The position numbers and the translations under genes are program-made. DNA of 64,000 bases, taken from positions 2,015 to 66,014 of the forward strand of contig CABYIO010000002.1 in NCBI GenBank assembly GCA_902519075.1. Reading direction: 5' to 3'. This stretch comes from an uncultured Bacteroidota bacterium. Lineage in GTDB: Bacteria > Bacteroidota > Bacteroidia > Flavobacteriales > Flavobacteriaceae. Position 1 is the first letter of the stretch; each line of letters begins with the position of its first letter. Shown one piece after another: positions 9,417 to 18,563 of this stretch. The notes beneath the pieces are model-generated. The model was not told the DNA's origin. It ran no database searches and saw nothing but the letters and a program-made list of their open reading frames with translations.

Positions 9417-10472
9417 TTAATCTTTAATTCTTATTTCAAATAGCTTATCCCACATTTTTCCTGTTACGAATATTGAATTTCTTTTTTTGTTATATGCAAT
9501 CCCATTTATAACATCAAGTTTTTCATGTTGAGTTACTCTACTTTTAAGGGATGATAAATTAATTACTCCTTCAATTGCACCATTTTTTGGGTTAATGATA
9601 GCGATACCGTCAAATAAATACCTGTTTGCATAAATTTTACCATCAATCCATTCAAGTTCATTTAACCCAACAACTTTGTTTTTATTCGTATATATTTCTA
9701 TATAACTCTCTTCTTTTTGGTTTTCGGGGTTAAGTATCCATATTTTATCCGTTCCGTCACTTTTGTATAATTTATTACCATCATTACAAATTCCCCATCC
9801 TTCCATGCTGTTTTTGTATTCGAACGAATTAATTTTATTAAAATTATCTACATCATAAACAAAACCAACCATCTCTTTCCATGTTAATTGAAAGATTTTG
9901 TTGTTTAATATGGTAATCCCTTCAGCAAAATATTCTGAAGGAAGTTTAATTTCTTTTAATTTTGCACCATTTTTAAAATCAACTTTAACAAGTTTTGATT
10001 GACCATACCTTCCTAAGCTTTCATATAGGATGTCATTGTAAAATTCAAGACCTTGGGTATATGAATTGTTCGATCTGCTAAATTCATTGATTATTTCGTA
10101 GCTATATATTTTTGGAGCTACATTATTTAGCAATGTAAAGTTTACTTTTTTCTCACCATCTATGGATTTAATAACAAGTTCTTTTTTTCCTAGTGTGAGA
10201 TTGCTAAGAAGGAAATTATATTGATTGCTATTTTCAACATTTAAATCTAAAGGTTTGATTTTCTTAATTTGGTTGTTAGACTTTATTTCAAATGCTATAT
10301 TTTTTGAGCTCTTACTCAATTTAATCTTAAGGGTATCATCTATTTTTATTTTTTTATCGGTAAGATTACTAATAACAGAAATATTGTCGTTAATAGACTT
10401 TTCACCACATGATTCTAACAATAATACATTTAGCAGAATAAGAAAAATTAAGAGCTTGTTTAAGTATTTCAT
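9417..10472 (-). CDS. Glutaminyl-peptide cyclotransferase (beta-propeller, plant/bacterial type) with N-terminal extension
   Basis: 351 aa with lipobox LLESC. The C-terminal ~230 aa contain YTQGLEFYND, GRYGQS, FAEGITI, QLTWKE..GFVYD, EGWGICNDG and NELEWIDGKIYAN. Confidence 0.85.
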   Translation of the reverse strand: MKYLNKLLIFLILLNVLLLESCGEKSINDNISVISNLTDKKIKIDDTLKIKLSKSSKNIAFEIKSNNQIKKIKPLDLNVENSNQYNFLLSNLTLGKKELVIKSIDGEKKVNFTLLNNVAPKIYSYEIINEFSRSNNSYTQGLEFYNDILYESLGRYGQSKLVKVDFKNGAKLKEIKLPSEYFAEGITILNNKIFQLTWKEMVGFVYDVDNFNKINSFEYKNSMEGWGICNDGNKLYKSDGTDKIWILNPENQKEESYIEIYTNKNKVVGLNELEWIDGKIYANRYLFDGIAIINPKNGAIEGVINLSSLKSRVTQHEKLDVINGIAYNKKRNSIFVTGKMWDKLFEIRIKD

Positions 10473-10480
10473 AGCTTTTC

Positions 10481-10488
10481 CAAATTTA
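10481..10488 (-). promoter_or_regulatory. Candidate -7 promoter element TAAATTTG
   Basis: The minus-strand motif is only 8 nt upstream of ATG 10472. This would imply a nearly leaderless mRNA and is an outlier in spacing. Confidence 0.25.
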
Positions 10489-10552
10489 AGCTATATTTTT
10501 CAACATAGTCAAAAATTATTATTCTCTAATTCTAATTAATTGTATATTTATA

Positions 10553-10650
10553 GTGGCAAGTCCTACACAACTAGCTCCTGATTAATCCTCCAGGGTGGGA
10601 ACACAGCAAAGGTATTCGGTTGTAGCAGTGTGATGTAGATAGCTTGCCAT
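10553..10650 (+). ncRNA. ffs: Signal recognition particle RNA (small bacterial 4.5S type)
   Basis: This is the only GC-enriched intergenic stretch. Terminal helix GGCAAG (10555-10560) pairs with CTTGCC (10643-10648). The apical region CCAGGGTG-GGAA-CACAGCAAAGG has a GGAA tetraloop closed by GUG/CAC, flanked by AGG and AGCA loop residues as in SRP domain IV. It is followed by TTTTG. Confidence 0.78.
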
Positions 10651-10662
10651 TTTTGTATCATT

Positions 10663-11463
10663 ATGTCAAAAGTAGTACTTATTACAGGTGGATCTTCTGG
10701 AATTGGAAGAGCAATAGCAACATATATTAATGAAAAAAATAATTATGTTGTATATGGTTCTAGCAGAAATATAAAAAAACTTGACGATGTAGCTTTTTTT
10801 CCTGTAGAATTGGACGTAACTTCTGAAAAATCAATAAATGACTGCATAGAAAAAATTATTCAGGAACAAGGAAAAATTGATGTTCTAATCAATAATGCAG
10901 GTGTTGGTATAACTGGTCCATTGGAGGAAACCCCTAATTCTGAAATAGAAAAACATTTTAAAACAAATTTATATGGTCCCATAAATCTTATTAAGAAGGT
11001 TTTACCATATATGAGAAAAAATAATAGTGGATTAATTATTAACATTACTTCAATTGCTGGACATATTGGTACTCCTTACAGATCAATATATAGCGCTGGA
11101 AAATCCTCCTTGGATATAATTTCAGAAACCTTGAATATGGAAACAAAAGACTTCAATGTTAAGGTTGTTTGTGTAGCTCCTGGAGATTATTTGACTAATA
11201 TTTCTCAAGGCAGGTTTCATTCACCGATTATTGAAGGCTCTAGTTATCAGTACAAATATGAATCATCATTAAAAAAAATGAACGAAAATATAACCAAGGG
11301 TGCAAACCCTATCAAGGTTGCAAAATTGATTAACAAAATTATTCACCTTAAAAACCCTAGAAAAAAATATATTTCTGGTTCTTTTCTTGAAAGATTTGGA
11401 ATAATCCTAAAGTTTATTTTACCTCAAAGATTTTTTGAATACTTGGTGTTAAAACTTTTTTAA
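10663..11463 (+). CDS. SDR-family oxidoreductase
   Basis: 266 aa with TGGSSGIGRAIA, NNAG and the catalytic YSAGK (YxxxK). Confidence 0.9.
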   Translation: MSKVVLITGGSSGIGRAIATYINEKNNYVVYGSSRNIKKLDDVAFFPVELDVTSEKSINDCIEKIIQEQGKIDVLINNAGVGITGPLEETPNSEIEKHFKTNLYGPINLIKKVLPYMRKNNSGLIINITSIAGHIGTPYRSIYSAGKSSLDIISETLNMETKDFNVKVVCVAPGDYLTNISQGRFHSPIIEGSSYQYKYESSLKKMNENITKGANPIKVAKLINKIIHLKNPRKKYISGSFLERFGIILKFILPQRFFEYLVLKLF

Positions 11464-11518
11464 TTTTTTACTAGCAAATACCTCTTTATTTGTCGTAAAT
11501 TTATATCAAATTGATATT

Positions 11519-12172
11519 ATGAAGTTTTTTATTGACACAGCTAATATTGACCAAATAAAAGAAGCACAAGATTTAGGTATTCTTGACGGAGTTACAACCA
11601 ATCCATCATTGATGGCTAAAGAGGGTGTAACAGGAAAAAGCAATATTCTAAAACACTATAAAAATATATGTGATATTGTTGATGGTGATGTGTCTGCTGA
11701 GGTAATTGCAACTGATTTCGAAAATATGATAATGGAGGGTGAGGAGTTAGCTTCACTTGACAATCAGATAGTTGTAAAACTACCTATGATTAAAGATGGA
11801 GTAAAAGCAGCTAAATATTTTTCAAATAAAGGAGTTAAAACCAACGTAACCTTGGTTTTTTCAGCAGGACAGGCTTTGTTGGCTGCTAAGGCTGGTGCGA
11901 CATATGTATCTCCTTTTCTTGGTAGGTTAGATGATATTTCAACTGATGGCTTAAATTTAATCTCAGAAATAAGGGATATTTATGATAATTACAATTTTGA
12001 AACTCAGATTCTAGCAGCTTCAATTAGACATACTATGCATATAATTGATTGTGCAAAAATTGGTGCAGATGTAATCACATCTCCTCTTTCATCTATTACG
12101 GGGTTATTAAAACACCCATTAACCGATATTGGATTAGATAAGTTTTTAAAAGATCATAAAAAAGGGAATTAA
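11519..12172 (+). CDS. Fructose-6-phosphate aldolase / short (type 3B) transaldolase
   Basis: 217 aa with MKFFIDTANIDQIKEA..GVTTNPSL. Size and layout match the Fsa/TalC family. Confidence 0.9.
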   Translation: MKFFIDTANIDQIKEAQDLGILDGVTTNPSLMAKEGVTGKSNILKHYKNICDIVDGDVSAEVIATDFENMIMEGEELASLDNQIVVKLPMIKDGVKAAKYFSNKGVKTNVTLVFSAGQALLAAKAGATYVSPFLGRLDDISTDGLNLISEIRDIYDNYNFETQILAASIRHTMHIIDCAKIGADVITSPLSSITGLLKHPLTDIGLDKFLKDHKKGN

Positions 12173-12176
12173 TTTC

Positions 12177-12184
12177 TATTTTTG
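12177..12184 (+). promoter_or_regulatory. Candidate -7 promoter element TATTTTTG
   Basis: Perfect TAnnTTTG 19 nt upstream of ATG 12204. Confidence 0.45.
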
Positions 12185-12203
12185 CGGCAAATAAAAATTT
12201 GTA

Positions 12204-13826
12204 ATGCTTTCGGTATCTAATTTATCTATTCAGTTTGGCAAAAGAGTATTGTTTGACAATGTAAATACTTCATTTAATAATGGTAACTGTTATGGTATCA
12301 TTGGAGCTAATGGAGCAGGTAAATCAACATTTTTAAAGATATTAAGTGGTAAAATCGACCCAACATCAGGTAATGTTCATCTTGAACCTGGTAAAAGAAT
12401 GTCCGTCTTAGAACAAGATCATAGCCTTTTTGATTCTAATTCAGTATTAGAAACAGTTATTATGGGTGATATTTCGTTGTATGAAATTAAAAAAGAAATT
12501 GATTCTTTATATGAGAATTATTCAGATGAAAATGCTGAAAAAATTGGTTCTCTTCAAGTAAAATTTGAAGAAATGGATGGTTGGAATGCTGAAAGTAATG
12601 CAGCTTCATTGTTATCAAATTTAGGAATTAAAGAATCATTGCATCAGACCAAAATGAATGATATTGACCCAAAATTAAAAGTTCGTGTTTTACTAGCAAA
12701 ATCATTATTTGGAAATCCTGATGTTTTAGTAATGGATGAGCCAACAAATGATTTAGATTATGAAACAATTTCATGGTTAGAAGATTACCTAGCAAATTTT
12801 GATAATTGTATAATTGTTGTTTCTCATGATAGGCATTTTCTTGATTCAGTTTGTACACATATTTCTGATATAGATTTTGGTAAAATAAATCACTATTCAG
12901 GAAATTACACTTTTTGGTATGAATCATCTCAGCTAGCAGCAAGGCAAAGAGCCCAACAAAACAAAAAGGCCGAAGAAAAAAAGAAAGAATTAGAGGAGTT
13001 TATTGCTCGATTTAGCGCGAATGTTGCGAAAAGTAAGCAAGCTACGAGTAGAAAAAAAATGATTGAAAAATTAAATATTCATGATATTAAACCCTCTAGC
13101 AGAAGATATCCAGCAATAATCTTTGAAAGAGAAAGAGAAGCTGGAGATCAGATATTAAATGTTGAAAATCTTTCAAAATCTATAGATAATGAGCTTCTGT
13201 TTAGCCAAATTGATTTGAATCTTGTAAAGGGTGATAAAGTTTTGCTTTACTCTAAGGATTCAAGAGCTACTACAAGTTTTTACCAAATAATAAATGAGAA
13301 TCTTAGCGCTGACTCTGGAAGTTTTAAATGGGGTATAACCACAAATCATTCATATTTACCATTAGACAATAATGAGTTTTTTAGCAAGAATATATCATTA
13401 GTTGATTGGTTGAGACATTGGGCAAAAACTGAAGAGGAGCGTGAGGAGGTCTATCTTAGAGGTTTTTTAGGTAAAATGATTTTTTCGGGTGAGGAAGCTT
13501 TAAAAAAATGTACTGTTCTTTCTGGAGGTGAGAAAGTGAGATGCATGCTATCTAAAATGATGATGAAAAAAGGAAATGTTTTAATATTAGATGAGCCAAC
13601 TAATCATTTAGATTTAGAAAGCATAACCGCATTCAACAACTCTTTAAATAAGTTTAAGGGTACTGTTTTACTCTCAACTCACGATCATCAATTTGCTCAA
13701 ACTATCGCAAATAGAATTATAGAAATAACTCCAAAAGGTGTTATAGATAGGTATATGAAATTTGATGAATATATGAATGATGATAAAATAAAGCAATTAA
13801 GAGTTGATATGTACGAATTATCTTAA
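12204..13826 (+). CDS. ABC-F family ATPase (YbiT-like)
   Basis: 540 aa with two ABC cassettes (GANGAGKST; LSGGEKVR..LDEPTNHLD) joined by a K/E/Q-rich linker. No transmembrane domain. Confidence 0.9.
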   Translation: MLSVSNLSIQFGKRVLFDNVNTSFNNGNCYGIIGANGAGKSTFLKILSGKIDPTSGNVHLEPGKRMSVLEQDHSLFDSNSVLETVIMGDISLYEIKKEIDSLYENYSDENAEKIGSLQVKFEEMDGWNAESNAASLLSNLGIKESLHQTKMNDIDPKLKVRVLLAKSLFGNPDVLVMDEPTNDLDYETISWLEDYLANFDNCIIVVSHDRHFLDSVCTHISDIDFGKINHYSGNYTFWYESSQLAARQRAQQNKKAEEKKKELEEFIARFSANVAKSKQATSRKKMIEKLNIHDIKPSSRRYPAIIFEREREAGDQILNVENLSKSIDNELLFSQIDLNLVKGDKVLLYSKDSRATTSFYQIINENLSADSGSFKWGITTNHSYLPLDNNEFFSKNISLVDWLRHWAKTEEEREEVYLRGFLGKMIFSGEEALKKCTVLSGGEKVRCMLSKMMMKKGNVLILDEPTNHLDLESITAFNNSLNKFKGTVLLSTHDHQFAQTIANRIIEITPKGVIDRYMKFDEYMNDDKIKQLRVDMYELS

Positions 13827-16247
13827 TTCAGCACTAAATTCTTTCTTTAACTTCTCAATAACTTTATTCATAATATCTTCAATCTCAGCATCAGATAGAG
13901 TTTTTTCAGCATCTTGAATCTTAAAAGAAATACCATAGCTTTTTTTGTTTTTAGGTAAGTTTTCACCATCATAAACATCGAAAAGAGTAATTTCTTTGAT
14001 TAACTTTTGATTTATCTGCTTTATAGCCTTGTTTATTTTTTCAAATTTTAATTCATTATCAATTAAAATTGATAAATCTCTTGTGACTTCTGGAAATTTT
14101 GAAATACTTTTAAATTGAATTGGTTTATCTATATATTTATTTAAAATTGTTTTTAAATCAATTTCAGCATATAAAACATCGATTTCTAAATCAAAATTTT
14201 GACATAAATTCTTATCGATTAAACCAAAACTTACAATTTCAGATTTATTGAAGGAAATTGTTTCCCCTTCATAAATATTATTTTTTGTTATTGGCTTTGA
14301 TTTTACATTATTAAATCCAAGTTTTTGTATTATAGACTTTACAACACCTTTTAAGTAGAAATAATCAGATTTTTTTTCATTACTATTCCAGTTTATATTA
14401 TTTCTATTTCCACAAATGAATATTGCAAGCTTTTCTGACTCTTCATATTTATTATCTTTTTTCTTGTGGTATTCTTTTCCCACTTCGAACAACTTTAGAT
14501 TACTTCTTTTTCTGTTTATATTGTGTTTTATAACATTTAACCCTGAAAAGATCATTGAATTTCTTAACTGAGCTTGGTCAATGCTTGAAAAATTAAGTAC
14601 ATCAACATTTAAAAGATTTTCAATATCATTATTAAGTGCATTATTTTTAGCTGAAATTAAGGAGTTGGTAATAATCTCATGAAAACCCAGTGAAACTAAG
14701 TGATTTGAGGTTGTTTCAATAATTTTATTTTTGTGGTTTGCTTCTTCAAGTTTTATAGACTGATTAATTTTTTTGGAGGATTGAATATTGTTGTATCCGT
14801 ATATTCTTAATATTTCTTCTATTACGTCAGCTTCCCTTGTAACATCATTTCTATAGCTGGGTATTGATATGCCAAGATTGGATTCAGTTATACTGTTAAC
14901 TTTAATATCTAGAGAACTGATTATATTTTTGATGATTTCTTTATCAATTTTTTGACCGATAATATTTTCGATTTTATCAAAACCTAAAATAATCTGAATA
15001 TCTTCAATAGGTTTTGGGTATAAATCAATTAAATCACTTGAAACAATTGAGTCTTTACATACTTCTTTAATCATTAAAACAGCTCTTTTAAGCGCATATT
15101 TTGAAATATTTGGATCAACACCTCTTTCAAATCTGTAAGATGAGTCAGTACTTAAATTATGATGTTTAGCGCTTTTTCTAACCGTAATCGGATCAAAGTA
15201 AGCACTCTCTATAAATATTGAAGTAGTTTTTTCAGAAATTCCAGAATCAATACCTCCAAAAATACCAGCCAGACATAGAGGTTTTTTTGAATCAGAAATG
15301 GTTAAATCTTGAGAACTCAGAGTTCTTTCAACGTCATCTAAAGTCTTAAATTTTATTCCTTTTTTATATTTTTTTACATTGATTGTTTGATTTTCAATTT
15401 TATCATAGTCAAAAGCGTGTAGTGGTTGCCCTATATCATGTAGGATATAGTTGGTAATATCTACTATGTTATTTATAGGGGTTAAACCTATTGAAATGAT
15501 TTTATTTTGAAGCCATTTTGGGGACTCTTGAACAACAATATTATCCATGACAATCCCGCAATATCTTGGTGCTGAGCTATTTTCATCAACGTTTATTTTA
15601 ATATTTTTTGTTCTATTGTCAACTATAAAATTACTAACCGATTTTGTTTTAAGTTCAATTTTATTTCCTTCGTGTAATAGCCTAGCTCTTAAATCTCTTG
15701 CAGTTCCGTAATGACTCATTGCATCAGCTCGATTAGGGGTTAATCCTATATCATAAATCCAATCACTTTCTATGTTGTAAATTTCACTCAGCGGCATACC
15801 TGCTTTATACTTATCATCAAGAATCATTATTCCTTGATCAAATTCTCCAAGATTTAGTTCGTCCTGACCGCAAATCATACCATTGCTTACTTCTCCTCTA
15901 ATCTTACTTTTTTTAATTTTCAGCTTTTCATTATTTGGATAGAGTGTTGTTCCGGCTAAAGCAACAGCTACTGTTTGGTTTTTGTCAACATTAGGTGCAC
16001 CACAAATAATTTGAATTAATTCATCCTGACCTATATCAACTGTGGTTATTTTTAATCTATCAGCATTAGGGTGTTTTTTGATGGATTCTGTTTTACCTAT
16101 TACTATACCTTCAAGTCCACCAGGAATTGACTCAAACTTTGTTGTACCCTCGACCTCGAGGCCTAGAGAAGTTAATTTTTCACCAATTGATTCGTGATCT
16201 TCTTTAAAATCTAAATATTCTTTGAGCCAGTTGTAGGAAATTTTCAT
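13818..16247 (-). CDS. pheT: Phenylalanine--tRNA ligase beta subunit
   Basis: 809 aa with an N-terminal tRNA-binding domain (KHPNADRLK), B3/4 and B5 domains and a C-terminal FDX-ACB-like end. Confidence 0.95.
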   Translation of the reverse strand: MKISYNWLKEYLDFKEDHESIGEKLTSLGLEVEGTTKFESIPGGLEGIVIGKTESIKKHPNADRLKITTVDIGQDELIQIICGAPNVDKNQTVAVALAGTTLYPNNEKLKIKKSKIRGEVSNGMICGQDELNLGEFDQGIMILDDKYKAGMPLSEIYNIESDWIYDIGLTPNRADAMSHYGTARDLRARLLHEGNKIELKTKSVSNFIVDNRTKNIKINVDENSSAPRYCGIVMDNIVVQESPKWLQNKIISIGLTPINNIVDITNYILHDIGQPLHAFDYDKIENQTINVKKYKKGIKFKTLDDVERTLSSQDLTISDSKKPLCLAGIFGGIDSGISEKTTSIFIESAYFDPITVRKSAKHHNLSTDSSYRFERGVDPNISKYALKRAVLMIKEVCKDSIVSSDLIDLYPKPIEDIQIILGFDKIENIIGQKIDKEIIKNIISSLDIKVNSITESNLGISIPSYRNDVTREADVIEEILRIYGYNNIQSSKKINQSIKLEEANHKNKIIETTSNHLVSLGFHEIITNSLISAKNNALNNDIENLLNVDVLNFSSIDQAQLRNSMIFSGLNVIKHNINRKRSNLKLFEVGKEYHKKKDNKYEESEKLAIFICGNRNNINWNSNEKKSDYFYLKGVVKSIIQKLGFNNVKSKPITKNNIYEGETISFNKSEIVSFGLIDKNLCQNFDLEIDVLYAEIDLKTILNKYIDKPIQFKSISKFPEVTRDLSILIDNELKFEKINKAIKQINQKLIKEITLFDVYDGENLPKNKKSYGISFKIQDAEKTLSDAEIEDIMNKVIEKLKKEFSAELR

Positions 16248-16269
16248 CTAAGATTAAATCAATTAGTAG

Positions 16270-16277
16270 CAAATATA
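16270..16277 (-). promoter_or_regulatory. Candidate -7 promoter element TATATTTG
   Basis: Minus-strand perfect TAnnTTTG 22 nt upstream of the pheT ATG at 16247. Confidence 0.45.
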
Positions 16278-16351
16278 AGAATACTGGCAATCTAATAAAA
16301 TCAAAACTTTTATTATAATCTTTTTAGACAATAATCTAAATTTAATTAAAC

Positions 16352-18457
16352 TCAGCTTATATATTCCCAGATATCTTTTTTTTCGATTATCATTTTTACG
16401 TTTTTAAGAATAAGCAGGTTGTTTTCATTTTCAAGTCTTGGATCCTTGGACATGATTTTTTCAACCAATTTCCTAATCTTTAAAATTAACTTGCTATCAT
16501 AAACTAGATTTGTGATTTTTAGTGGCATTTCACCGCTTTGTTGGGTGCCCATAATATTTCCAGGACCTCTTAATTCAAGGTCTTTCTCAGCAATAACAAA
16601 ACCATCATTAGTTTTTTCCATAGTTTCCATCCTAATTTTACTTTCCTTTGTTTTCTTATATCCAGTGATTAAAAAACAATAGCTTTCATGCTTCCCTCTT
16701 CCAACCCTACCTCTAAGTTGATGAAGTTGAGATAATCCAAATCTTTCAGCACTTTCAATAATCATAACAGTTGCGTTTGGAATATCAACACCAACTTCTA
16801 TAACAGTGGTAGAGACTAATATTTGAGTTTTGTTTTCTATGAATCTTTGCATTTCATATTCTTTATCTTCATTATTCATTTTGCCATGAACGATTGAGAT
16901 TTGATATTCTGGCATCGGAAAATCACGAGAAAACGTTTCATATCCATCTAAAAGGTCTTTAAAATCAAGTTTTTCACTCTCTTTAATAAGGGGGTATACA
17001 ACATATGCTTGTCTACCCTTATTGATTTCTTTTTTTAAAAAATCCAGTAATTTAAGTCTATCTCTTTGTGTTTGATGAAAAGTCTTAATGTATTTTCTAC
17101 CTGGAGGCAGTTCATCTATAATTGACATGTCTAGGTCTCCATAAACTGACATGGCTAGTGTTCTTGGAATTGGTGTTGCAGTCATGATTAATACGTGTGG
17201 AGGGAATTTATTTTTATGCCATAGTTTACTTCTTTGAGCAACTCCAAATTTGTGCTGTTCATCAATTATTGCTAAACCTAAATTTTCAAACTCAACGCTA
17301 TCATAAATTAACGCATGGGTTCCAATAAGTAAGTCAATTTCGCCTTTTCTGAGGCTTTCTTTTAATTGTTTTTTATATGAACCTTTACTTGATCCAGTTA
17401 ATACTTTTATGTTGATATTCAATACTTTACATATATCTTTAAATTTATTATAGTGTTGATATGACAAAATTTCAGTAGGAGCCATTATACATGCTTGAAA
17501 TCCATTTCCAATTGCTATTAAGGCAGACATAAAAGCAACGATTGTCTTTCCTGATCCAACATCACCTTGTAGTAGTCTATTCATTTGAGCACCATTACCC
17601 ATGTCATTTCTAATTTCCTTAATTACCCTTTTTTGAGCATTGGTAAGTTTAAACTTTAAATGATTTTTATAAAAATCATCAAAGTTATCTCCGATTTTTT
17701 CAAAAGGGTAGCCTTTAATCTTTTGTTTTCTCAGAATATTTTTTTTGATTAATCTTATTTGTAGATAAAAAATTTCTTCAAACTTTAATCGATTAACCGC
17801 CTGCTTTAATTCAGACAATGTTCTTGGCTTATGAATACATATAATGGCTTGGCGTCGCCCCATTAATTTGTACTTATTAAGAATATATTCAGGTAAATTC
17901 TCTCTAATATCTTTATTTATACTGATAAGTAGCTCTTCAATCAACTTTGAAAATACCTTATTGGTTACGCCTTTTTTGTTTAAATTTTCAGTAGACGGAT
18001 ATACACCAAATAAATTTGTTCTTTTTTTAAGATTATTCTCATTATAAATCTCAAGTTCAGGATGAGCTATAGATTTAATTCCTTTGAAATCGTTAATTTT
18101 TCCAAAAAGGATATAGTTTGTGTTTAATTTAATTGAATCTATTAGCCATTTATTAGTTTTGAACCATACTAATTGTATTTCACCTGTTTTATCATAAAAA
18201 TTACCTATAAGTCTTTTTTTAGAACCTATACCAACTTCTTTAATTTCCTTTATTTTTCCTATTAGTTGTATTTCAGAATTGGATGAGTTAACCTCTGAAA
18301 TCTTGTGATATTTAGTTTTATCTATATACCTAAATGGAAATTGAAATAGTAAATCTTTAAACTTTGATAATTTAAGTTCATTTTTAATGAGTTTTGCTCT
18401 GTTAGGTCCAACCCCTTTTAAAAACTCGATAGAGGTATTTAAGATGTCATTGTTCAT
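16352..18457 (-). CDS. recG: ATP-dependent DNA helicase RecG
   Basis: 701 aa with a wedge/OB N-terminal region and helicase motifs GDVGSGKT, DEQHKFGV and TATPIPRT. Confidence 0.95.
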   Translation of the reverse strand: MNNDILNTSIEFLKGVGPNRAKLIKNELKLSKFKDLLFQFPFRYIDKTKYHKISEVNSSNSEIQLIGKIKEIKEVGIGSKKRLIGNFYDKTGEIQLVWFKTNKWLIDSIKLNTNYILFGKINDFKGIKSIAHPELEIYNENNLKKRTNLFGVYPSTENLNKKGVTNKVFSKLIEELLISINKDIRENLPEYILNKYKLMGRRQAIICIHKPRTLSELKQAVNRLKFEEIFYLQIRLIKKNILRKQKIKGYPFEKIGDNFDDFYKNHLKFKLTNAQKRVIKEIRNDMGNGAQMNRLLQGDVGSGKTIVAFMSALIAIGNGFQACIMAPTEILSYQHYNKFKDICKVLNINIKVLTGSSKGSYKKQLKESLRKGEIDLLIGTHALIYDSVEFENLGLAIIDEQHKFGVAQRSKLWHKNKFPPHVLIMTATPIPRTLAMSVYGDLDMSIIDELPPGRKYIKTFHQTQRDRLKLLDFLKKEINKGRQAYVVYPLIKESEKLDFKDLLDGYETFSRDFPMPEYQISIVHGKMNNEDKEYEMQRFIENKTQILVSTTVIEVGVDIPNATVMIIESAERFGLSQLHQLRGRVGRGKHESYCFLITGYKKTKESKIRMETMEKTNDGFVIAEKDLELRGPGNIMGTQQSGEMPLKITNLVYDSKLILKIRKLVEKIMSKDPRLENENNLLILKNVKMIIEKKDIWEYIS

Positions 18458-18563
18458 TATCTTAAATTTAAGATTTTTTACTTATTGATTTTTGTTTATA
18501 ACTAACTAAATTAATATCACTTTTTCTTTCAAACTATATTTAATTTAACATTAAAATTTTCAG

